Positions 56,563 through 64,000 of a DNA stretch of 64,000 nt are shown here, one piece after another. Every line of letters starts with the position of its first letter. The first letter of the stretch is position 1. Position numbers and translations under genes: made by a program. Origin of the DNA: an uncultured Alphaproteobacteria bacterium (GTDB lineage: Bacteria; Pseudomonadota; Alphaproteobacteria; Rhizobiales; Xanthobacteraceae); the NCBI GenBank assembly GCA_963798095.1, contig CAWCSD010000024.1, positions 6,526 to 70,525 on the forward strand, written 5' to 3'. Under the pieces are notes generated by a model. That model was not told where the DNA came from. It did no database searches and saw only the letters and a list, made by a program, of their open reading frames with translations.

Positions 56563-56672
56563 TGACCGGCCTTCATAAAGTGGTCGACTTGTAATGTTAG
56601 TTGAGAGTTTGTGCTGACGCCACCGTGGGCACGCCGACCGTTAAGCGGCTACGCAATTACCTTTTTTGGTTC

Positions 56673-57803
56673 CTATTGCCGGCGTTCCAAAGTCATCCTA
56701 AGTCCGTATCGTGGTCGCAGTGTGATTAGGCCTTGAGGTTCGACGGGATGGCCAGGCTTTAGGTGCAGCCGATAGCGCTGGGCGATCATGGCTAGGATGA
56801 GCATTGCCTCCGTCATCGCAAATGCCGCACCGATGCAAATGCGTTGACCGGCCCCAAACGGAATATAGGCGAAGCGCGGGCGCGCGAGAACGCGCTCGGG
56901 CGAAAATCGCTCCGGATCGAAGCGATCAGGGTGTTCCCAAAGCGAGGGCTTGCGGTGCAGCAGCCACGGAACGATCAGAACCAGGGCGCCGGCTGGAATA
57001 CGATGACCAAGAACATGGTCGGTGACGATCGGCTCGCGCGCCATGGTGTGCGCTGGCGGGTAGAGACGCATTAATTCCTCGATCACCATGCGCGTGTAGC
57101 GGAGGCTGGCGAGATCGTCATAGCGTGGGACGCGTCCCCCGAGCACTATTCTCAATTCGTCATGCAACTTGGCTTCCGCTGCAGGATGGAGCGAGAGTAG
57201 GTACCATGTCCAGGCGAGTGCCTGGGCTGTGGTCTCGTGCCCCGCCATGAAGATCGTGACCACCTGATCGCGAACTTCTTTCGCCGTCATGCCACCGCCA
57301 GTCTCGCTATCGCGCGCTGCGATCAGCCGGGCCAGCAGATCCCTTGGCTCGGTGTTCGGTTCACGACCTCGCGTGCTGAGCAAACGATCAACTGACTTGT
57401 CGAACTCGTCGAAAGCTCCAATAGCCCGTCGGAACGATAGCAGCCGCGTGAGCCACACCGGGAACCGTAGCAGATCGAGGAGGCTGGGCCGTACGCTCGC
57501 CTGATATTGCCCGACGCCGCGTTCGACAACATCGACAATCTCATCTGAATCGGAGGAGAACATCGCGCGCGAGATAATGTGCAGCGTCGTGTGCATCATC
57601 GCTGCCGCAACATCGATCTCACTGAAGTCGGCCAGGGCATCCCACTGCTCGAGCAGACCCGCTGTTACCTCGGTTATGATCGGCGCATAGCCGATGATGC
57701 TGCGATGGTCGAAGGCGGGCGCCATGATGCGCCGATGCCGGCGCCAGGTTTCTCCCTCGCTGGTCAAGAGGCCGCGGCCGAGTCCGGGTTCAAGGAGCCT
57801 GAA
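56673..57803 (-). pseudogene. Cytochrome P450 lacking roughly its first 100 codons
   Basis: Homology starts abruptly at ...LLEPGLGRGLLTSEGETWRRHRR, with a TGA 5 codons further upstream in the same frame. The I-helix (AGHETT), ExxR and heme loop (FGAGQRICIG) are present. There is no ATG near the 5' end. Confidence 0.8.
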
Positions 57804-57807
57804 TCGC

Positions 57808-57954
57808 GAACGTCAACCGCTTGGTCAAGACCGCTCGCATCAAGTGCGGCAGGAGGATGGGACCGGGTGACAGCGAGGTGGCGTTGTACATGGAGATCAG
57901 CCCGCACACCGGAATGCGGGCGAACGGATTGAGTAGCGGGAACACGGCCTCGAA
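57808..57954 (-). pseudogene. 49-codon internal fragment of a CurA/YncB-like NADP-dependent oxidoreductase
   Basis: FEAVFPLLNPFARIPVCGLISMYNATSLSPGPILLPHLMRAVLTKRLTF matches the C-terminal third of E. coli CurA as I recall it. Both ends are abrupt. Confidence 0.6.
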
Positions 57955-58454
57955 TAGCCGAGCGGGATCGACCCGCCGACCCAAATGCCTTTGGATTTGG
58001 AAGCCGCGATCTTATCGCGGACCCGCTCGCCGATGACTTCTCGCTCGAACTGCGCGAAGGACAAGAGCACGTTAAGCGCCAGTCGCCCCATGCAGTGGCG
58101 GTGTTGAATTACTGGGTGACGCTCACGAAGGAGACCGATGGTGGTCAAAAAGCTCGACCAGCTTGGCGAAGTCCGACAGCGATCGGGTCAGGCGATCGAC
58201 CTTGTAGGCCACACCGAGTCGATCTTGCCGGCGCGGATCTCGACCAGAGCCGCTGCAGCGCAGGGCGGTCGAGTGAGGCCGCAGAGTACGCCCCGTCGTC
58301 ATAACGCTCGGGGATGGCGCCCCCAGCCCTCCTCCGCCTGGCTCTTGACGTAGGCCTCGCAGGCTTCGCGTTGTGCGTCCAAGGTGTTGAACTCCAGGTC
58401 AAGGTTATGATCGGTGGATTTCCGGGTGTAGATTGCGCAGCAGAGGAGCTTCTT
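57955..58454 (-). mobile_element. Serine recombinase remnant (resolvase catalytic domain only, multiply frameshifted, 3'-truncated)
   Basis: [37 protein letters not shown] | [23 protein letters not shown] | ...MGRLALNVLLSFAQFEREVIGERVRDKIAASKSKGIWVGGSIPLGY. These lie in at least three frames, and homology ends at about 57954. Confidence 0.7.
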
Positions 58455-58662
58455 GGCGGGCTTAACGGCCGTGTCTCCGGCCACGATCCTGCTGTGGCAG
58501 TCGATCAGGATAGGCAAACCATGTGCCCGAATGTTTTAATGCTTCGGGCGATATCCCTAATTTGCCTTGTGCTGTGCTGCCGGGATTTTTTCGGGTCGGG
58601 GTTCAGCAGGCTCAACGCCACGTATATAATGGTGAGGCTGCCGAGGGCGATAATTTCCGCCA
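58455..58662 (-). pseudogene. N-terminal fragment of a ParB-like-domain protein (as in ParB-fused DNA methyltransferases), frameshifted
   Basis: [46 protein letters not shown] then, in another frame, [19 protein letters not shown] Shine-Dalgarno 7 nt upstream. It runs straight into the recombinase remnant. Confidence 0.5.
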
Positions 58663-58732
58663 TTCTTCGCTCCTACTGTGAAAGCCGCGGAACTGCCCGC
58701 GGTTCAGGAGCGAATGATTAGAGTAGGGGGTG

Positions 58733-58767
58733 GTCTCGCGAGCCGGTTAGCGAGACCTACTTTTTCT
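58733..58767 (+). terminator. Canonical hairpin plus T-tract, plus-strand orientation
   Basis: GGTCTCGC-gagccggtta-GCGAGACC followed by TACTTTTTC. No convincing plus-strand gene ends here. Confidence 0.45.
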
Positions 58768-58833
58768 GCTGACTTTCTTTCGAGCGCGTGTCAGCCGATG
58801 CTTCAGACCCGGAAATCGGTGCCGAAGCAGAAA

Positions 58834-59289
58834 TTACTCTCTTTCCGACGGCGTCGCCGCCCTCCGGCCTCTCTCAGCCGTGCCGCTCTGCCTGAAGTAA
58901 ATGCGCGTCTCGTCGATCTCATCAATAATTCCGTCCCCTTGATGCTTGCGGAAATCCATCAACAGCTGAGCGACGGAGATTTTCGGGTTTTGCAGAACGA
59001 CATCAGAAATAATCTTCTCTAGACCATTGGACTTTGGGGCAAATCCGCCTAATTGGGCCTGCTGCCGACTGAAGCGTTGTTTCGCCCTCTCGGCATCCTG
59101 CAGCGCTTCTTCAAATATTTTTTGGCTTCGGATCGCAACTCGTCTTGCGGTTTCAGAGTTGATCGTCTCGACAGCAGTTTCAAGTAAGGCACGGTCGGCC
59201 ATACGCCGGTCCATGAGATTTTTTTGACGCGACCAGAACTCTCTGTTTCTCTGGTTGAATTCATCAAGCGCTGGGTTTACTGGAGCCAC
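58834..59289 (-). CDS. Hypothetical protein (151 aa), low-G+C orphan
   Basis: Open frame with helical, charged composition. No family recognised. Confidence 0.4.
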   Translation of the reverse strand: MAPVNPALDEFNQRNREFWSRQKNLMDRRMADRALLETAVETINSETARRVAIRSQKIFEEALQDAERAKQRFSRQQAQLGGFAPKSNGLEKIISDVVLQNPKISVAQLLMDFRKHQGDGIIDEIDETRIYFRQSGTAERGRRAATPSERE

Positions 59290-59323
59290 GGTCTAGTTTC
59301 CTGTGCGAATGTTTCATTTGAAG

Positions 59324-59827
59324 CTAAAGGAAAAAGTTCATGAGAGTTAGAGAAAAGTCGAACATCACCATCAATTGATAAGTGGCAATGCCCATTGCGG
59401 GATATTGGCGGAGCAGGGCAATATGGGCGAGGGTCGGCGCCTTGGTGGCCACGATAATTGGAACGATGCGACGAGTATGGCTGCCGGCATGGAAATTTTT
59501 CAAATCCAACGCATAGTCCATGACTTGGTCACGTGCCGCAGCGGTAAATTCATTCTCGCCAACCTTAAATTCAAGCAGAAAAACGATGCCGGCGAGGATA
59601 ACGACTACGTCAACGCGTTTCCCCATGCGCGGAATAGAAAACTCGAACGCAACAGTTCCCTCTTTAAACGCCGCGAGTTCGCGTTGGAGGATCGCGATCT
59701 GTTGCACCCAGGCATAGCGCTGCAACGCTGCGACGTCTTGGGCGTGTTGGGCTAATTGCCCGACGATGGCATCGGGGTCATCCAACAAGAACGTCGAAAG
59801 GGGGGCAGCGTAATAGGCTGGTTGCAT
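59324..59827 (-). pseudogene. N-terminal PD-(D/E)xK-like domain of a COG3410/DUF2075-type ATPase, 3'-truncated
   Basis: MQPAYYAAPLSTFL...AWVQQIAILQREL...FEFSIPRMGKRVDVVVILAGIVFLLEFKVGENEF...DQVMDYALDLKNFHAGSH.R.IVPIIVATKAP. Homology then ends and a stop follows. Full-length relatives carry a P-loop ATPase, absent here. Confidence 0.55.
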
Positions 59828-60040
59828 TCTAAAAGTTCGATCCAAATTTGCCGACAATATAAAGTGCGGGCAGGGATCAACCTGGGCGACGAGGCATTAC
59901 CCCTCGAGCAATTAAAGCACTCTCGAATTACTATATAGTAAAGCATGGATGTGGCTGACTTTTCGGATTAGCCTAGTGACTACGGAATGGTCTCAGCTGA
60001 TTTTCATAATGGATTTGGCGCGCAGGAGGAGCGGCTGACG

Positions 60041-60712
60041 ATGGCGACGTTTCGCATTGACGTCGACGCCACACATTCGGTTTCGGCGATGCTATTAAAA
60101 CCACGCGACGCGAAGGCCTGTTTGGTCATGGCCCATGGTGCCGGCGCCGGCATGAGCCACCCCTTCATGGACGCGGTTGCCCGTGGTCTCGCGGCGCGGC
60201 GGATCGCGACATTGCGCTATCAATTTCCCTACATGGAGCAAGGCACCAAGCGGCCCGACCGTGCGCCGCTCGCGCAAGCAACAGTGCGTGCCGCGGTCGC
60301 CGAAGCGAACAAACGCTTCCCCGAATTGCCGCTATTCGCCGGCGGCAAATCGTTCGGCGGCCGTATGACCTCGCAAGCCCAAGCGCAAGCGCCCTTGGAC
60401 GTAGTCCGCGGGTTGGTGTTTTTTGGCTTCCCGCTACACGCAGCCGGCAAACCATCCGACCAGCGGGCCGCCCACCTGTTTCAGGTCGCGGTGCCGATGC
60501 TATTCCTGCAAGGCAGCAAGGATAAGTTGGCCGAGCTGACTTTGCTCGAGCCATTGCTCCATACGCTCGGACCAAGGGCCTCGCTTCACATAGCTGTCGA
60601 TGCTGATCATTCCTTTCACGTCCCCGCTCGTTCGGGCCGCCGCGACGATGATGTCATGGCTGAAATCTTCGATGCGACTGCGGCATGGGTGGACAAGCTG
60701 ATCGGCCCGTGA
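60041..60712 (+). CDS. Alpha/beta hydrolase (COG3571 / KANL3-Tex30-like)
   Basis: LVMAHGAGAGMSHPFM, FQFPYM-type YQFPYMEQG, GGKSFGGRM, FLQGSKD. Confidence 0.75.
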   Translation: MATFRIDVDATHSVSAMLLKPRDAKACLVMAHGAGAGMSHPFMDAVARGLAARRIATLRYQFPYMEQGTKRPDRAPLAQATVRAAVAEANKRFPELPLFAGGKSFGGRMTSQAQAQAPLDVVRGLVFFGFPLHAAGKPSDQRAAHLFQVAVPMLFLQGSKDKLAELTLLEPLLHTLGPRASLHIAVDADHSFHVPARSGRRDDDVMAEIFDATAAWVDKLIGP

Positions 60713-60835
60713 CGCTGCGAGCAGGCCTAGTTTGGAGCATCTTCGATGATGCTAAGATGGCATCGAACGCCCCTCACTGCGGAGAATCATGTAAGGTCTC
60801 TCAACCTAAGAGAGTGGGGCGGTAGGGGTCTCGAC

Positions 60836-62408
60836 GTGGCCAAGAACATCCTCATCTTTTCAGACGGGACTGGCATGGCGGGCGGGATCACGTTCGACGA
60901 GGACCGCACCAATATCGTACAAGCTCTACCGCGCCACACGCTGCGGCCCAGATAGTTGCGTACATCCCGATCGACAGGTCGCCTTTTACGACCCAGGATT
61001 AGGATCTCCCGCCGATGGCGGATTTATTTTCGGCAAAGCCGGGCGATGGGCATACAATCTTGCCGCGCAAGCAACCGGACTGGGGATAACGGCCAATATC
61101 ATTGATTGTTACGCGGCCCTGATTCGCCTCTATCGAGACGGGGACCGAATATTTTTGTTCGGATTTAGCCGCGGGGCCTACACTGTTCGATGTTTGGGCG
61201 CTGTTATCGCTTTGTGCGGGATTCCGCGCCATCTGTCTGGCGGCCGGCCGCTGTCGCTCGATGTCGCAGGTTCGCGCGATCTGCAACTGATGCGGTCACT
61301 AACGTCTATCAGTTTTGCTCCTCAAAGCCCCGCAAGACGCCGGGCTCATATCGCAACTTCATGCTCGACACTCGCGCCGCAATCGCCGCTAGGTTCCGGC
61401 AAGAGCACGGGTCGGCCGATCCTGCCGATCCTCAAAAGCAAGCGTATATCCCTATTTCATCGGGGTTTTCGACACTGTCGCGGCTCTCGGCCGGCTAGGT
61501 GCTGTAGTCGGACTGATGCTTGCCCTGGGCGGCGTGTTGGCCGGAATCAGTTATTGGATTTCATTACTCGCCGGACTTGCTGACGCTCGAGGCTTCGGCT
61601 GGCTGGCTTATTGCACGTTCGCGAATATTGCCGTGTTGCTATTTGGGAGCAGCCATTAGCGTCGGCGTGATCTCCTATGTCTTCAACTACTTGAAGTTAG
61701 ACTTTCGTGTTCCCGGCTATGGGTTACTAAAACGGCTTGCCACTATACACCTCGCGCCACACCAAGCATACGTTTGCCGACTATACCCTCAACGTCAACG
61801 TAACCTACGCGAAGCACGCTATCTCGATCGACGAGAACCGCAAGGACTTCAAACGGGTTATTTGGGTGCCTGATGAGACCAAAATTGACACCCGCGATGC
61901 CGAAAGAAATCTTTACTTCGAGCAGGTGTGGTTTCCTGGTGTCCACGCTGACATCGGCGGAGGCTATTCAGAAAACGAAGCCAGGCTGTCAGATGTGACA
62001 TTGGGATGGATGCTGGCGGCAGCATCCATCATTCCCAACGGCATTCATTACGACGAACCGGTTCTTAGACGTTACGGGGACCCAACAGGGCCGCAACACG
62101 ACGAGTGCAAGGCCGGCCATTGGCAATCTGCTGTTCGGCCGCTGCCAACCGACAAGAATGATCATCTCAGCCGAGCGACAATGCATCATTCAGTCTATGC
62201 ACGGTTCGCGGCCAGCTCCGTGCTTCTCTATGATCGTCTCGGCCCTTATCGGCCGACAAATCTCGCGTGCCATGTGGATTTTCAGCACTATTACGATGCC
62301 AAAAGGAAGCCGCCAGTCGAACCGCAATTTGTTGCCGACAACATAGAATTAAAGTGGGAACATAAGCGGCAAGCTACTGCCGCCGCTGCCGGTGAACATG
62401 GAACATAG
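60836..62408 (+). pseudogene. DUF2235 (Tle1-like alpha/beta hydrolase/phospholipase) gene, at least five frameshifts
   Basis: The pieces lie in alternating frames: VAKNILIFSDGTGMAGG; YKLYRATR...FYDPGLGS...; FLFGFSRGAYTVRCLGAVI (nucleophile GFSRG); ...YFIGVFDTVAALG; ...VWFPGVHADIGGGY... Confidence 0.7.
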
Positions 62409-62647
62409 ACTCGCATAATGCCCACTACGGAATATCCGGCATGGGGTGGCTCCAGGCTGCGGCACTCTGGAGGAAACTTAGTTTGAAAGTGTAATTTCCT
62501 AGCGCGTCGGTATGGTCGGTATACCGCCAGGAGCGGACATTCGGTTGCAGCGCGATAAAAGCGACCGAAGTGCAGTACGGCAAATTGAGCCGCTATTCGA
62601 TGGCCTCGTTGGCGAGTGAGAAAATATGTGGAGAGAGCCAATCCGCA

Positions 62648-63547
62648 CTATTTCGGAAGGACCGGGTTGGATTCTAGGGCCTGAAGCCAGTTCGTATCCA
62701 ACACTCGCCTTGCCACTTCTTGATCTATGTGCGGAGTGATTTCCTTCTCGAATGCACGCACCAGTGTTCGGTATTCATACGAGCAGTGTGGTGACCGTGT
62801 TGGCGGTAGATAATTCTCCAGATCGGCAAATCCCGCATGGTCGGCACCGAGGGCGAGACATATCAGATTGTAGAACCGCTCTTGCGGCAGGCCATGATCG
62901 CTCGCAAATGCGCTCAGCCGCGTCGGCACCACTGGGTTCTTTTTGTAGTCTCCTAGGTAAGCCCTCCAGGACCAGGCTGCGCCTCCGATTAGCCGGTGCG
63001 CTTGCCCCTCGCCAAATTGCAGCATGATGTACGTTGCAAAATTGTCAGCGGCGTCTTCCTGATGGCCAAACATTGGCACATCGAGAATGTCGAATATCGC
63101 GTGTCCTACCTCATGCAAAGTGGCGAAGAAAAACTGTCCGACTGCTGCATCAGCTGGCGTGAGCCCGTCGGGATTATCCTCGTTTGGCAGAGATCCGAGT
63201 ATGTGCTTCAAAAGCTCGTAACACACCGTCACCGTGGGCTTGAAAGTTTCCCGTCGATACCAGGCGTTTATGGCCTTGCACTCTGCTGTCTTGATCGTCA
63301 GCGCTTCCGGCGAGCGGAAGGGCCTCAATATCTCTTGGATACTCTCCAGGGCATGACGCTCCCGCAAGAGATCGTATAAGTCCTGAAAAGCGGAATTTTC
63401 AGGTGGCTCATAAATGATGGATACCCAACTTGGGTGATCAATTTCCGCCGACGAGACATTCGACTGGGCGAGTCCCCGATCGGGGCCGATCACGGCAACA
63501 AAGACGAGCGCGCCCGCCAAGATTGCTTTCCATCCGAAGCTGCACAT
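62648..63547 (-). CDS. DUF4344-like putative secreted zinc metallopeptidase
   Basis: Signal peptide MCSFGWKAILAGALVFVAVIG. HEVGHA zinc motif followed by GHQEDAADNFATY. The GTG at 63577 is an alternative start. Confidence 0.65.
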   Translation of the reverse strand: MCSFGWKAILAGALVFVAVIGPDRGLAQSNVSSAEIDHPSWVSIIYEPPENSAFQDLYDLLRERHALESIQEILRPFRSPEALTIKTAECKAINAWYRRETFKPTVTVCYELLKHILGSLPNEDNPDGLTPADAAVGQFFFATLHEVGHAIFDILDVPMFGHQEDAADNFATYIMLQFGEGQAHRLIGGAAWSWRAYLGDYKKNPVVPTRLSAFASDHGLPQERFYNLICLALGADHAGFADLENYLPPTRSPHCSYEYRTLVRAFEKEITPHIDQEVARRVLDTNWLQALESNPVLPK

Positions 63548-63573
63548 GAGACCACCTCGATTGCCATGGGCAT

Positions 63574-64000
63574 TCACACAGCGGCTGCTGCGGCGTGATG
63601 CTCAAGCTCAGGATGCGCCGCCTCGGAAGCCGGTTCCGGCGATCGAGCCGGCGCTTTGATCCGAAACCACGCCACATAGAGCGCCGGGAGGAACAACAGC
63701 GTCAGCACGGTGCCAACGATGATGCCGCCCATCATGGCGAACGCCATTGGGCCCCAGAAAATCTCCCGTGCAATCGGAATAAGCGCCAGACTGGCCGCAG
63801 CGGCGGTCAGCATGATCGGGCGCATACGATGTTCCGTTGCTTCCACCACGGCCTCCCATATCGGACGGCCGGCCTCTTTCAGGTGCTCGATCTGGACAAT
63901 CAAGATGACCGAGTTGCGGATCAGGATGCCGATCAATGCCAGAACGCCAAGGATCGCAACGAACCCGAGAGGCGCCCCGCTCGGCAGCAAAGCCAACACC
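63574..64000 (-). CDS. RND efflux permease (AcrB/HAE1-like), C-terminal end; gene continues beyond the window
   Basis: GILIRNSVILIVQIE, RMRPIMLTAAAASLALIPIA, GGIIVGTVLTLLFLPALY. Confidence 0.85.
   Translation of the reverse strand, partial: VLALLPSGAPLGFVAILGVLALIGILIRNSVILIVQIEHLKEAGRPIWEAVVEATEHRMRPIMLTAAAASLALIPIAREIFWGPMAFAMMGGIIVGTVLTLLFLPALYVAWFRIKAPARSPEPASEAAHPELEHHAAAAAV

Noticed and set aside
58314-58721. 135-aa plus-strand ORF ending 12 nt before the plus-strand terminator.
   Set aside because: It is entirely antisense to recognisable recombinase/ParB-like coding remnants and has no family resemblance. Kept only as context for the oddly oriented terminator.

Overview
High-G+C chromosomal segment. 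Gene content and synteny look alphaproteobacterial, Hyphomicrobiales/Bradyrhizobiaceae-like; that assignment is inference only. 

Positions 1-46.5 kb are core genome:
- Two ECF sigma/anti-sigma pairs.
- Housekeeping genes: a lone flhA, cysK, pdxH, fabI, aroC, ribB, tlyA, dxs, xseB.
- A cbpA/dnaJ-like gene.
- Two branched-chain-type (HAAT) ABC transporter operons.
- A catabolic-looking cluster: cupin, two FAD monooxygenases, an enamidase-like amidohydrolase, an AA_synth/DUF1185 protein and an SDR.
- A LemA-TPM-TPM-DUF1194 module.
- A ku-ligD NHEJ pair sitting between xseB and dxs.
- A fatty-acid-oxidation trio: acyl-CoA dehydrogenase, SDR and enoyl-CoA hydratase.

tRNA-Gln(UUG) lies at 46542..46616. 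Everything after it, to the window end, is visibly lower in G+C and looks like a decaying accessory island. It carries thiol/redox and GST genes, TetR regulators, otsA, a 5'-truncated P450, abutting fragments of a ParB-like methylase, a serine recombinase and a CurA-like reductase, a COG3410 nuclease-domain fragment, a DUF2235 lipase pseudogene, a DUF4344 metallopeptidase and the end of an RND pump.

Main leads:
1. An AhpD/CMD-family gene has a single in-frame TGA exactly at the second Cys of its CxxC motif, with hairpins just downstream. This is a candidate CxxU selenoprotein; a nonsense mutation is the alternative.
2. A perfect alphaproteobacterial SOS box (GTTC-N7-GTTC) overlaps a TTGACA promoter in front of an uncharacterised 85-aa gene beside ligD and xseB.
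3. A twice-repeated 16-bp palindrome acts as a probable TetR operator.
4. Frameshift-interrupted genes are many and very unevenly distributed. ligD has two shifts and one YfcG-like GST has five. This needs read-level checking to separate real pseudogenisation from assembly indels.

No CRISPR array, rRNA or intact transposase/integrase was seen.
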